Under the pieces are notes generated by a model. It searched no databases, was not told the DNA's origin, and worked only from the letters and a program-made list of their open reading frames with translations. Of a stretch of DNA of 64,000 nucleotides, positions 16,927 to 26,447 are shown one piece after another. The DNA comes from an uncultured Planctomycetales bacterium (lineage in GTDB: Bacteria; Omnitrophota; Gorgyraeia; Zapsychrales; JANLHA01): NCBI GenBank assembly GCA_964489065.1, contig CAZAXH010000009.1, forward strand, positions 7,616-71,615, written 5' to 3'. Position numbers and translations under genes: made by a program. The number at the start of each line of letters is the position of its first letter. The stretch's first letter is position 1.

Positions 16927-19635
16927 TTATTTATCCTGCAAATCCCCCAACAACTGCTTACGCCTTCGCACAAGATCTTCTTCCTGACTTGATATCGCTT
17001 CAACAGAATGCCTGCGTTGCAGATCACTCATACGGTCTTTATTGGAATGGATTATGGTTTTTTGCATATCGGCGGATGTCTTTCGAAGAGAATATATCTG
17101 ATCCTGAACCTGATTCCACCTCGATTGAACCATGACTTTTTGCATATCGTTCATTTTTGACATTCTTTCTTGTGCCCGCAATTCCTGCGTTTTTCTTTTT
17201 GAAAGGGAATTCGAATGTTTTTGTTGAACCTTTTCTTCGTTCTCTTGAAATTGGGGGACAAAACATACCATTAAAATGGCTCCAAACATCAATAACAGTC
17301 CCACATTATATTTTTGGACCAAACTTTCATTCGGCGTTTGGCGGAACTTATTTGAAATTGTTTCGCCCAGCTTCTCAAAAAAGATACTCCGCAAAAATTT
17401 GAAAACCGTAACAGCCCGGCCAAGGCCCCAGGAAAAAACATAACCTGTCACGATTAACAAGATAACCTGCTCTCCCCATATTATCTGCTGGGCCCTCGAA
17501 TGAACAAGAAGCTGCCAAATTTCCTTATATATTCCGGCATTTTCCCCCTTCGTGACCAGTTTTTCCCGAAACAGCCATGGCCAATGTATCCAACTGACAG
17601 TGGCACCCTTCTCAAGCAATAGTTTCACGGTCGCTGGATGCCTTAACCGGATGGCTAATCCTAGCGGGGTTTCGATATCACGCGAAAAAATCGCGCCCCA
17701 AGATGTTAATCCCCTCTTAGCCCTGACATTGACATCAGCCCCCTTTTCTATCAAAACTTTCATCATATTTAAATCTTCCTCGCGAGGGGAATACGTTGAT
17801 AACACATGTAAAACCGTGGCTCCGGTTCTGTTTTTATTTTTGAAATTCGCGTTGGCCCCTTTATCAAGTAAAATTTCTACCGTTTCCTTATCCTTGCCAA
17901 AAATAGCGGCCTGGAATAAAACAGCCTCCCCGTTCGGGGCAACCGTGTTGGGGTCCGCGCCTTTTTCAAGCAATAACTTCACGACCGCAAAATTGCCATC
18001 ACGCGCCGCCTGGTTCAAAGCCGTTTCCCCGGAAGAATCAACCGCCTTGATATCGGCCCCATGGTCAAGCAACAACTTCACCACATCAGGATAAACAACG
18101 TTATCCAAAACCATGTCGGGGGCATTCACCTCCGCCCCCTTTTCAAGTAAAAACTGAACCACATCGTAATGGTCATTTTGCGCCGCCAAGGATAAAGCGG
18201 TTTGCCCATTTTTTGTCTTATAGTCTTTCTCGGCCCCGGCATCAAGCAACAACCTCACGATATCAAGGTGTCCCTTCTGCGCCGCTAAAACGAGTGGGGT
18301 TGCTCCCGCAGTGTTCATACTTTCCACAGACGGGTCGCCGCCCTGGACAGTTTTAGCGCAAAGAATTTCGCCCCCACAAGTTGTTATATCCACCTCTGCG
18401 CCGCTCGCAAGCAATAGTTTTACGATGTCAGCATGACCGTAAAAAGACGCCCTCGTTAAAGCTGTCCAGCCATTAGAAACACGCACGTTCACGGATACCC
18501 CTTCTTCTAAAAGCCTCTCAACCTCTGATAAATCACCTTTAGCAGCAGAGGCCGCGAAGAGATTATAGCGGGCATCGCGAAAGTCCGGGCTAAGCGCAAC
18601 AGTTTCTTTATACTCCCCCATGGCCTCATCCCACATTTCCTCACGCTCATACATGCGCCCCAGGGATTCGCGGGCCGAAACAAAATCGGGATCAATATCA
18701 ACGGCTTTTTTATACTCGGCTCTGGCTTCATCCCACATTTCCTCACGCTCATACATGCGCCCCAGGGCCTCGCGCGCCAAAACAAAATTGGGATCAATGG
18801 CAAGGGCTTTCTTATATTCGGCTATTGCCGCATCCCACATCCCTTTATGCTCATAAACACCCCCCAGGGCCTCATACCCCAGAACAAAATCGGGATCAAT
18901 ATCAACGGCTTTTTTATACTCGGCTATCGCCGCATCCCACATCCCTTTACGCTCATAAACTCCCCCCAGGGATTCGCGGGCCAAAACAAAATTGGGATCA
19001 ACATCAATAGCTTTTTTATACTCGGCTATTGCCGCATCCCACATCCCTTTACGCTCATAAACATCCCCCAGGGCCTCACGGGCCAAAACAAATTTAAAAT
19101 CAATATCAATGGCTTTTTTATATTCGGCTATTGCTGCATCCCACATCCCTTTATGCCCATAAGCACGCCCGAGGGTCTCGTGGGCCAAGACAAACTCGAA
19201 ATTCAGAGCACTGACTTTTTTACTTTCAGCTATAAATTCACCCCACATTTCTTTACGCTTATAATCATCCCTTTGGGTTCTGTATTCCAAAGCAATCTGG
19301 GAAGTAACGGCAAGAGCTTTTTCACATTCAAGAATCGCATCATCCCACATCCCTTTGGTCAAATGAGCCATGCCGGTGAACAAATGAACACCAACCTCTT
19401 TCTTAACTCTTTGCAGCATGACATCCTCTATTAATTTTATCCCACTTCTTGCCGGGTAATAAAAGCGGTCGGCTGTCAAGGCCCCCCGAAATTCTCTATA
19501 AGCCTCCCGGAATTTTTCTTGACTGCCATAGCCGACTCCCCTTTTAAAATGCTCCTCAGGCATTTGAGAATAGGACATATCCACCATCAGAAACAGAATG
19601 ATTAAACCTAACCCCAACGTTCTTTTAATTCTCAC
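16927..19635 (-). CDS. large secreted/membrane-anchored repeat protein: signal peptide, ~9 TPR repeats, ~8 ankyrin repeats, TM helix, C-terminal coiled coil
   Basis: N-terminal MRIKRTLGLGLIILFLMVDMSYSQ (GTG start). Repeated 34-aa units (WDAAIAEYKKAIDIDPNFVLARE(A/S)LGxVYERKGM) are TPR-like. Ankyrin units follow (GWTALTRASFYGHADIVKLLLASGAEVD, GATPLVLAAQKGHLDIVRLLLDAGAE and others). A hydrophobic helix and a Q/E/K-rich C-terminal coiled coil complete the protein. Confidence 0.75.
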   Translation of the reverse strand: MRIKRTLGLGLIILFLMVDMSYSQMPEEHFKRGVGYGSQEKFREAYREFRGALTADRFYYPARSGIKLIEDVMLQRVKKEVGVHLFTGMAHLTKGMWDDAILECEKALAVTSQIALEYRTQRDDYKRKEMWGEFIAESKKVSALNFEFVLAHETLGRAYGHKGMWDAAIAEYKKAIDIDFKFVLAREALGDVYERKGMWDAAIAEYKKAIDVDPNFVLARESLGGVYERKGMWDAAIAEYKKAVDIDPDFVLGYEALGGVYEHKGMWDAAIAEYKKALAIDPNFVLAREALGRMYEREEMWDEARAEYKKAVDIDPDFVSARESLGRMYEREEMWDEAMGEYKETVALSPDFRDARYNLFAASAAKGDLSEVERLLEEGVSVNVRVSNGWTALTRASFYGHADIVKLLLASGAEVDITTCGGEILCAKTVQGGDPSVESMNTAGATPLVLAAQKGHLDIVRLLLDAGAEKDYKTKNGQTALSLAAQNDHYDVVQFLLEKGAEVNAPDMVLDNVVYPDVVKLLLDHGADIKAVDSSGETALNQAARDGNFAVVKLLLEKGADPNTVAPNGEAVLFQAAIFGKDKETVEILLDKGANANFKNKNRTGATVLHVLSTYSPREEDLNMMKVLIEKGADVNVRAKRGLTSWGAIFSRDIETPLGLAIRLRHPATVKLLLEKGATVSWIHWPWLFREKLVTKGENAGIYKEIWQLLVHSRAQQIIWGEQVILLIVTGYVFSWGLGRAVTVFKFLRSIFFEKLGETISNKFRQTPNESLVQKYNVGLLLMFGAILMVCFVPQFQENEEKVQQKHSNSLSKRKTQELRAQERMSKMNDMQKVMVQSRWNQVQDQIYSLRKTSADMQKTIIHSNKDRMSDLQRRHSVEAISSQEEDLVRRRKQLLGDLQDK
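18590..19300. repeat. about seven near-identical 102-bp tandem DNA repeats encoding the TPR units
   Basis: Recurring ...ATCCCACATCCCTTTACGCTCATAAAC(A/T)CCCCCCAGGG(C/A)(C/T)TC(G/A)CGGGCCAAAACAAAATTGGGATCAA(T/C)ATCAA(C/T)GGCTTTTTTATACTCGGCTATTGCCGC... is visible by eye across lines 18601-19320. Confidence 0.8.
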
Positions 19636-19931
19636 AATTTTGCCTCCAAAACTACGGCCCTCGAATAACTTGCCCGCCCTTATGACCTTGCCGAATTAAA
19701 AAATTTTCAGCGACATACCGGATGAAATAATATTGACCTGCCCCTCAAGAGAATACCCGGGATGACTATAGATTTATGGTAGCAGAAAGGGATAGCCACT
19801 GGCAAGACAAAGATAGAAAGCAGAAGGGACGGGGAGAAAAAATCCTGCCAGGGGAAGGGCTTCAGCGGGTTATTACGAAGACCGTCAGGTCAAACAAATC
19901 AAAACCATTTTTACTAACAGGGAACAAATCG

Positions 19932-21017
19932 TTACTCACCCCCTGCGAACTCTTTATTAATCTGTTCTGCTAATACAGTTGCCATGGAAAGATTGCCGGA
20001 TGCGGAAAAATGATGATAAGGAGAATCTTTAACATACAATTTATAAAACTCTTCGGGATTATCTCGCTTTAATTGAATGAGTGCCGGGACATGATTAACA
20101 ATTCTCAACCTTGGCAAACGCACCTGAATTTTCTTAATTATATGTTCTATAAATCCTTTCTCTACCTCATCCACCTTAATTCCGGCGGTAATAAATACTA
20201 TAATTCGCGGCGTTTCCCTATTTCCGGCTAACTTTTCTAATAAAAGTTCCACAATTTTAGGCACGTCTCCTGCATTCTTCAAATAACGAAAATCTTCATT
20301 CTGCGTGCCTGCCCACCAATAAGAAGGGAAAAAGCGGCTCATAATTTTATGGAATAAATAACTATATCCGAAAAATTGCCTAAACCAATCCAACCTTGTG
20401 CCTTGTATAAATGGAACAGGCTGATTTTGAACAACTAATAAACCGTTTTTGAGTAAAAAGTAGGGTTTGGGAACGCCGTGTCTTACATATTGGACACACC
20501 GTTCCAGATCATCATATACGAAGCTGAGGACAACAATATCCGGTTTATATTTAGGTATTAACCCTTCCGCACGTAAAACAATTTGGTCGAATCCAAAACT
20601 CGAAACACCTGCATTCAAAACTTCATAGTTGGTCAAAAGCTCAAGTTGAGCCGGCCATGTTTCATTATCAGCGACTTCATCTCCAAACGCATAGGAATCT
20701 CCCACGATAAGAATTCTTAGCTTCTTATCTAAAGGCTTCTGATGCCCGTTCGAACGAATACCGTCGTCCAACGTTGAGACCGTGGCGCCCCATTTTTCTA
20801 TGGAAACGTTCGACCTTGGGACCCAGCCTAACAGGGGATCATAAGCATACAATCCTCTGAAATGATGCTCGACAAGATTACCGCCTTTTTCAGTAATTAA
20901 ATTTCTAAAACCCGCCCTGTAATCTCTTACAATCAATTCGCCCGCAAGGAGAGAAATGGATACACTTGTTAAAACCAAAATTGCTCTTAAAACAGTTTCG
21001 TTTTTCTGCACTTTCAC
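19932..21017 (-). CDS. SGNH/GDSL-family hydrolase or acyltransferase-like protein with N-terminal membrane anchor
   Basis: N-terminal TM (AILVLTSVSISLLAG), then ILIVGDSYAFGDEV (GDS(x) block I) and a later DxxH-like region. The architecture resembles AlgX/AlgJ-type polysaccharide O-acetylation proteins. Confidence 0.55.
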   Translation of the reverse strand: MKVQKNETVLRAILVLTSVSISLLAGELIVRDYRAGFRNLITEKGGNLVEHHFRGLYAYDPLLGWVPRSNVSIEKWGATVSTLDDGIRSNGHQKPLDKKLRILIVGDSYAFGDEVADNETWPAQLELLTNYEVLNAGVSSFGFDQIVLRAEGLIPKYKPDIVVLSFVYDDLERCVQYVRHGVPKPYFLLKNGLLVVQNQPVPFIQGTRLDWFRQFFGYSYLFHKIMSRFFPSYWWAGTQNEDFRYLKNAGDVPKIVELLLEKLAGNRETPRIIVFITAGIKVDEVEKGFIEHIIKKIQVRLPRLRIVNHVPALIQLKRDNPEEFYKLYVKDSPYHHFSASGNLSMATVLAEQINKEFAGGE

Positions 21018-21542
21018 CCGCTCCGTTCAGAATTTAGACGCACGTTAATTTTTGATGCAAGACCTCCCGCTTTCTTCCATTAATCCACGTTACAATCTCT
21101 TCGCTCATCCCGGAATTTCTTAATTTTCTCTGTAATCAATTTTATTTCTGACATAGATACCTCCGCATATCGCTTCCCGGTTGCCACAATGTCCTGTTGA
21201 TACTTCAACTCAACCGCCTCGTTCACTTACCAACCGCATAATCCTCTCAAACGCATCCTGCCGGATATTGCGGATAAAGTAATCGGTCCCAACCTCTTTT
21301 TCTATCGATACTGGCCCTTTGGCGTCTTGATGGCCAAAGGATATACTGACGCAAACTCTTTATAACTGTGTAAAATGGGAATTCCCACCAATATGTCCTA
21401 GGCTTAACATCATCATATTTCTGCAAAAATCTCGTAAAATTAGCCATTTCCGAAGAGTTAAAAGCATTTTCTCCCTCTGATAATGAAAAACCCCATGCTC
21501 TTGTGGCTCGCAAGAGCCTCGGTTCGCATGAGGGTAACATAA

Positions 21543-21620
21543 TGGGGTGGGTGACCGGATTTGAACCGGCGACCTTCTGAGCCACAGTCAGACGCTCTAA
21601 CCAACTGAGCTACACCCACC
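21543..21620 (-). tRNA. tRNA-His (anticodon GTG), with the extra 5' G(-1) and encoded CCA
   Basis: Minus strand reads G-GTGGGTG-TA-GCTC-AGTTGGTTA-GAGC-G-TCTGA-CTGTGGC-TCAGA-AGGTC-GCCGG-TTCAAAT-CCGGT-CACCCAC-C-CCA. The 7-bp acceptor stem is complementary, the anticodon loop is CT-GTG-GC, and the G-1 opposite discriminator C is the tRNA-His hallmark. Confidence 0.85.
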
Positions 21621-21737
21621 ACGAGATATCGTAATAAAAATTGCCGCATTCTAAAGCGGTTTTTCTTCGGGAAGGAATTTTTATTTTAGCAGAATTCCTT
21701 TAATCGGCAAGCATTTATTATCCGGCCGGGAACTCCC

Positions 21738-22718
21738 TCACTGGGACGACGGAACATCCGAGGGGAACAGGTCTTTCACCTCGAGATTACCGCTAAAGCT
21801 CATTTTATCGAATTGAATATCGTTCATCTGCGTCTTAATTTCAAAATCAACGAGGAGCTCCAGCCCGGACGACCGCAACGACCCCATAACCATATCACTC
21901 AAAGAAACGGCATCAACGGGTTTGTGTTCGAGGTTTTGCCCCAGCAGTCCTAAATTCATTTTCCCGTTTATTGTCATGTCATTATTCACCGACTTCACCT
22001 GGGCCGTCACCCCTTCTTCCCCTGCTCGTTGCAGAATCGTCACCTGGGCGTCCATATTAAGCGCCGGATAATCAAGCCACCCCCACAAACGCACCAAATT
22101 TTCGGAAAACGGCAGCCGGGAACTCACCAGCCGGCCTTTCAGATCAAACCGCATTTTCTGGTCACCGGGAGGATAGGTGACATTGGCGGCCTTGAGTTCC
22201 ATCTCCCGGATCTCAAATTGAAAAGGACGCTCGGACTTGGCCCGCTGATATAAAAAATGGCCGTTATGCAGCAATAAATTTCTCACCCAGATACGCCAGG
22301 CAGGAGACACCCGGCTGAACACAGGCGCCGGGGACAAACCTGCCTGCCCGGGAGAAAATCCGGACATATTCTGTGTCCCGACAGGGGCAGACACCTTCTC
22401 CCCCGAGAGGTAATAAATAACGGCATCTTGGAGGATAACGTCCGAAAGGACAATCTGGGGAGAGGACGAAAAAAGGAATCCCATATTAAAGGAAACATGC
22501 TTGGCAGAAAAAACTTTGGGGATAATAAGATCATCCACCTGCAGTCGTAACGGCCAGCTGAGGTGGATCCGTTCAATCGTCACGGGCTTATTAAACAGTT
22601 TGGAAAACCGCTCTTCCGCCAGAGGCTTGCCCCGGGCATGGATAAAAAAAATCAGTCCAAGGCAGGAGATCAGAAAGACCGCAAAAAAAACCGTAAAAAA
22701 AATCCGTAAAAAGCGCAT
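21738..22718 (-). CDS. hypothetical membrane-anchored protein
   Basis: 326 aa with an N-terminal TM (IFFTVFFAVFLISCLGLIFFI) and no recognisable catalytic motif. It is flanked by tRNA-Arg upstream and tRNA-His downstream on the same strand. Confidence 0.5.
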   Translation of the reverse strand: MRFLRIFFTVFFAVFLISCLGLIFFIHARGKPLAEERFSKLFNKPVTIERIHLSWPLRLQVDDLIIPKVFSAKHVSFNMGFLFSSSPQIVLSDVILQDAVIYYLSGEKVSAPVGTQNMSGFSPGQAGLSPAPVFSRVSPAWRIWVRNLLLHNGHFLYQRAKSERPFQFEIREMELKAANVTYPPGDQKMRFDLKGRLVSSRLPFSENLVRLWGWLDYPALNMDAQVTILQRAGEEGVTAQVKSVNNDMTINGKMNLGLLGQNLEHKPVDAVSLSDMVMGSLRSSGLELLVDFEIKTQMNDIQFDKMSFSGNLEVKDLFPSDVPSSQ

Positions 22719-22756
22719 GGGCTTTCCTAATATTTCTGCCTGCGGGCATAAAAATA

Positions 22757-22830
22757 CGACCCCGGCACGACTCGAACGTGCGACCCTCTGCTTAGAAGGC
22801 AGATGCTCTATCCACCTGAGCTACGGGGCC
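22757..22830 (-). tRNA. tRNA-Arg (anticodon TCT); CCA not encoded
   Basis: Minus strand reads GGCCCCG-TA-GCTC-AGGTGGATA-GAGC-A-TCTGC-CTTCTAA-GCAGA-GGGTC-GCACG-TTCGAGT-CGTGC-CGGGGTC-G. Anticodon loop is CT-TCT-AA; the acceptor stem pairs with one G-U. Confidence 0.8.
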
Positions 22831-23462
22831 TGAATCCCGATTTTTTTAAATTTCCCTGCCCCGGCCCGCGAAAACATTTCAGGCCGGAAACCGCTGGAAA
22901 AACTACAAATAAACGGTTTAGGAACAATAGATTGATTTATTATACCAGCGATTTTAAAATGTGCAATAGTTCCCTGCGGCGGATATCCCTAAAAAACCAC
23001 CTCCGTGTACGTTATTTGGCCCTTGCTAAAAAACATAAAAAAGAGCTGTTTTCTTTTTAATATCCGATCTGCAAGTGATATTCCCTCTGGGGGGCCATCC
23101 AGAAGGAAAAAAATCCGGATATTGAAAACAGCTCTTTAGGATGTGTATAACACAACCAGCACTCACACACGTTCAGGTTTACCTTATACTCCTGCTTCTC
23201 TGTATCCTGCCCTCCTCCCCTGCTTGTTGACTCGTTGCCAAAAAAAATGACCTCTCCCGATATGGAATAGGTCTGTACACGCTTAATCTCTTGTTTGGCG
23301 GTCAGGCTATCCTTTTTCAGGATCCTATGACTTTGCGTCCCCACCTTACGATGGGTTTGCCTTTTCATCAAGAACTTCTATTTCTACCAGAAGTATAAAA
23401 CATTCCAAACGCAAAAGTCAAATCGATTTCAGAAGGAGGAAAACATGTCGTCCGGCAAAGAG

Positions 23463-25145
23463 TTACGGTACTTGCTGGGTCAAGTCATACAAGTAGACCG
23501 CCGCGCCTTTCCCTTCATACGTTTTTAAACGTTCCCCCTGCCTGTCCAGGGAAAATAACAGGAAGTCCTTGGCAACGGGGTTCATGCTGGAAAAGAAAAA
23601 CCAAGCTCTCTGCCGGTTGGGGAGAGCCAGCGGCGTGTTGATAAAAATCTTTTGCGGCTGACCGATGGTGTCATTGCTTAACAGCTCCCGGAAAAACCCC
23701 GCCTCGTTAAACACATAGACCACATAGCGAAAAAGCGCGTAAGGCTGCGGCGGCTCCATCAAAAGGTGATCCAAAAACTGCCCGGCCACATAACCCTGCT
23801 TACGCTCTCCTCCGGCTGATACCGGTATGGCCGGCGACATAAAACGTTCACAACCGAAACGCTGGCTGTAATACCAGAACGGAAACTGGGCCTCGCTATT
23901 GAGGACCAGCGCGTCCCCTTCCCGGGCCTCCCCGGACAGGAAAGCGATCGCTTCCCGGTTACTCTGGCGGTCAAAACCCTCCCGAACAGACAGGCACGCC
24001 TGCCGTAAAGAAGGAGACAAAATCAGGGCCGGCAAAAGAACAGCGAAAACCCGGAATGGCGGTTTGAGAAAAGAATTGATGAATATGACACCCTCGGCCA
24101 AGATAATCAGAATCAGAGGGACCAGAAACAGGGTCAGGCGTCCGCCGAAAGGGTACACGTGAAGCGCCGTGGCCAGCAGCGTGAAGAGAAATGGAAAAAT
24201 AAGAACCCCGCACATCTTAATATCCTTCCGCGCCCAAGCCGCCGCCCCGCAAACAAACACCGCCATCGTAACCGCAGCGCTGCCCTGCCCCACGGGATCC
24301 ACGAAAAACGCGGACACCGACTCTTTCAACCAGCGAAGGCTGGCCACAGACCATAAAGGCCACGGCATAAAAGAATTCTTCCACATATTAAACAGCACCG
24401 CGTCCTGCGCCATGCCGGAGAAAGAAACCCGGTATAAAACCGCGAAGCTGACGGCCCAGAGCGCCCAGGACAGGCCCAAGCGCTTCAGCTCCCCCCATTG
24501 CCTCGTTATAATCACCGGGATTCCCTGACAAAAGGCGACCGCGGCCAGAATAAACACCGACGGATTCGACGCCCACACACAGGCAGCGCCCGCGGCGCCC
24601 ATCCCGGCGGCCCGGCGCCACGTTAAAGACCCGGACGGGAACGGCACCGCCATTAAAACCAACAGGATTGTCGCCAGGACATCCATGGAATACGGCTTCA
24701 ATTCCGCCGCATAATAAATCAACGAAGAGCTGAACACAAACAAGGCCAAAGCCAGACTCCGGGCCGCCGGCGCGCAGATTCTTTGCACCAGCACATAAAA
24801 CGCGAACACTCCGGCGATACCGGCGCAGAACGGCCAGAACCGCAAAACGAGTTCCTGGTTCCCGAACCAGGACACCATCGTTTTTTCCAGGAACATAAAA
24901 AGATAAGGTTGTTGCGCGGAATTATCGGCTAAAGGGATACGCCGCAGGATTTCCAGCCAGGAACGGTTCACAACCAGCACGGCGGTCACGGTTTCATCCA
25001 GCCAGAAAGACCTGTTTCCGAAATAATGAACCGTCCGCAAGACAACACCAACGGTCATAAGACATACAGCGAAGAAACTCGAAGAAACAAAATCCCCTGT
25101 CTTCTTTATGATCTGCGGAATTTTCGAACCAGGCACAGGGATCAT
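23463..25145 (-). CDS. polytopic membrane protein, probable GT-C fold glycosyltransferase (ArnT/PMT-like)
   Basis: 560 aa with about 12 TM helices. The N-terminal first-loop region carries an acidic DE motif (RSFWLDETVTAVLV), the pattern typical of GT39/GT83-like lipid-linked sugar transferases. Confidence 0.4.
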   Translation of the reverse strand: MIPVPGSKIPQIIKKTGDFVSSSFFAVCLMTVGVVLRTVHYFGNRSFWLDETVTAVLVVNRSWLEILRRIPLADNSAQQPYLFMFLEKTMVSWFGNQELVLRFWPFCAGIAGVFAFYVLVQRICAPAARSLALALFVFSSSLIYYAAELKPYSMDVLATILLVLMAVPFPSGSLTWRRAAGMGAAGAACVWASNPSVFILAAVAFCQGIPVIITRQWGELKRLGLSWALWAVSFAVLYRVSFSGMAQDAVLFNMWKNSFMPWPLWSVASLRWLKESVSAFFVDPVGQGSAAVTMAVFVCGAAAWARKDIKMCGVLIFPFLFTLLATALHVYPFGGRLTLFLVPLILIILAEGVIFINSFLKPPFRVFAVLLPALILSPSLRQACLSVREGFDRQSNREAIAFLSGEAREGDALVLNSEAQFPFWYYSQRFGCERFMSPAIPVSAGGERKQGYVAGQFLDHLLMEPPQPYALFRYVVYVFNEAGFFRELLSNDTIGQPQKIFINTPLALPNRQRAWFFFSSMNPVAKDFLLFSLDRQGERLKTYEGKGAAVYLYDLTQQVP

Positions 25146-25175
25146 AGCACGCCAGCGTCGGGAGAGAAAGTGGCT

Positions 25176-25403
25176 TCAGGAGTTTGGGACAGGTTCATGG
25201 GCTTTACGGCCATAGACGCGTTCATAAGCCCGGCAAAATGGGCAAATCCGGTTTTCAATGGTCTTAACGAACCAAAAACTGAACCCTTTTTGTGTTTTCC
25301 TCGCGTTTTGGCATACCGGGCATTCCACGCACTTTTGCGCCATTTGACGATCCCGTTCGGTGATGGGCTGGTTTGAAGACATCTCGCCCTCCTTGTCTAT
25401 CAT
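25176..25403 (-). CDS. small zinc-ribbon protein (CxxC...CxxC)
   Basis: CVECPVCQ ...(26 aa)... CPFCRAYE in under 75 aa. Start codon uncertain. Confidence 0.35.
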   Translation of the reverse strand: MIDKEGEMSSNQPITERDRQMAQKCVECPVCQNARKTQKGFSFWFVKTIENRICPFCRAYERVYGRKAHEPVPNS

Positions 25404-25442
25404 GTTATGCGCCTGCGCCTCTTTTCAGCCTCCCAAAAAAGG

Positions 25443-25865
25443 TCAACTGCCCTCAACAGGAGACGGGTTCCCATGCAGGCGGCGATTAATGGATTTTCTG
25501 ATCTCGCTCAGGAGTTTTTGGGGATGAAGCGGCTTGGCAAAAATCCGGTACAGGCGGCCGTCCACATCTACGGTTTCATCTCCCTTATCCTGCTCAACCC
25601 CCATGGTCACCGTTATAAAAAAAACAGGGATCGCGCTCGTTAAAGAATCCCGCCGGAGCGCCCGTACCACATCCATGCCGCCGATATCCGGCAGCATGAC
25701 ATCCAGCAGAATAAGGTCTGGCAGTTCTTCCCGGGCTTTTACAATCCCTTCCTGGCCGTTGAAAGCCCCGATCACACTTTTCCCGGCGTTCTCGCACCAC
25801 TTTTGCAGCAAACGGACCGTGTTAGGATCATCATCAACAACAAGAATTTTGGAAGAGTTCCTCAT
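25443..25865 (-). CDS. single-domain response regulator (receiver only)
   Basis: KILVVDDDPNTVRLL...LILLDVMLPDIGGMDV...IPVFFITV receiver signature in 140 aa. Confidence 0.8.
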   Translation of the reverse strand: MRNSSKILVVDDDPNTVRLLQKWCENAGKSVIGAFNGQEGIVKAREELPDLILLDVMLPDIGGMDVVRALRRDSLTSAIPVFFITVTMGVEQDKGDETVDVDGRLYRIFAKPLHPQKLLSEIRKSINRRLHGNPSPVEGS

Positions 25866-25871
25866 CTCAAG

Positions 25872-26030
25872 TTAAAAAAGAGTGTAAATAAACGGGGCCA
25901 CCGCCGAACTCTCCGCAAAAATGATCAGCAGGCTCAACAGACCCAAAATAATAACGATAGGGGCCAGCCAATACCGTTTGCGGACACGAAGAAACATCCA
26001 TAATTCTTTCAGGATCGTAATTTTCGACAT
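25872..26030 (-). CDS. SxtK-like small membrane protein (DUF5989-type), 52 aa
   Basis: Manual translation gives MSKITILKELWMFLRVRKRYWLAPIVIILGLLSLLIIFAESSAVAPFIYTLF. The ...LRVRKRxWLxPI...SAVAPFIYTLF pattern is the one I recall for the small proteins encoded after sxtJ and NodU-type carbamoyltransferases. It is under 60 aa, so absent from the ORF track. Confidence 0.55.
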   Translation of the reverse strand: MSKITILKELWMFLRVRKRYWLAPIVIILGLLSLLIIFAESSAVAPFIYTLF

Positions 26031-26042
26031 AAACAAACCTCG

Positions 26043-26441
26043 CTAAAATTGTCTCTTATAATCTTCCTGGGTCGTCGGTTCTGCAGGACGCCGGCTCCAG
26101 TAACTTTTCCTGCCCGGATACATCGCCCGGTCTAAGGGGTCTTTACGCAACAGGCGCAACACACAGCCCACCGGGCCAAACACGACATAAAACATCACGG
26201 TCAAAATCAGCGTGGACACAACCGCACCGATCAACCGGACCCCGGCCATCCAGTACCGGTAAACCCCCTTCAGCCGGTCAGGGGCCAGCCAGGTCAGCCA
26301 CCCCAAAAACGCGGCCGCTAAAAATAACACGCCCTGCTGCAGCCCGAACCCGTGTCTGTACCCCCAGCGCAGGCCCGCCACCGACAGGATGACCGCCAAC
26401 CCGTAACCGAACACCAGAAGTTTTTTCCGTTCCTGCTCCAT
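26043..26441 (-). CDS. SxtJ-like small membrane protein
   Basis: 132 aa with 3-4 TM helices, positioned between the carbamoyltransferase and the SxtK-like gene, the arrangement seen in sxtI-sxtJ-sxtK-type triads. Confidence 0.45.
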   Translation of the reverse strand: MEQERKKLLVFGYGLAVILSVAGLRWGYRHGFGLQQGVLFLAAAFLGWLTWLAPDRLKGVYRYWMAGVRLIGAVVSTLILTVMFYVVFGPVGCVLRLLRKDPLDRAMYPGRKSYWSRRPAEPTTQEDYKRQF

Positions 26442-26447
26442 TGTATT

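Noticed and set aside
21247-21649. ORFs of 112 aa and 63 aa overlapping 21543-21620.
   Set aside because: They read through the tRNA-His gene (peptides like AGSNPVTHP and AQLVRASDCGSEGRRFKSGHPPH are classic tRNA read-through artefacts). The tRNA-independent tail (21247-21447, about 66 codons) lacks an RBS and is at most a gene remnant.
22501-23060. ORFs of 110 aa and 85 aa on the plus strand.
   Set aside because: They overlap the tRNA-Arg gene and intergenic sequence, and have no RBS or protein-like composition.
23057-23371. 104-aa minus-strand ORF in the gap upstream of tRNA-Arg.
   Set aside because: No RBS, low-complexity composition and no recognisable domain. Kept only as part of the possible degraded-element observation.
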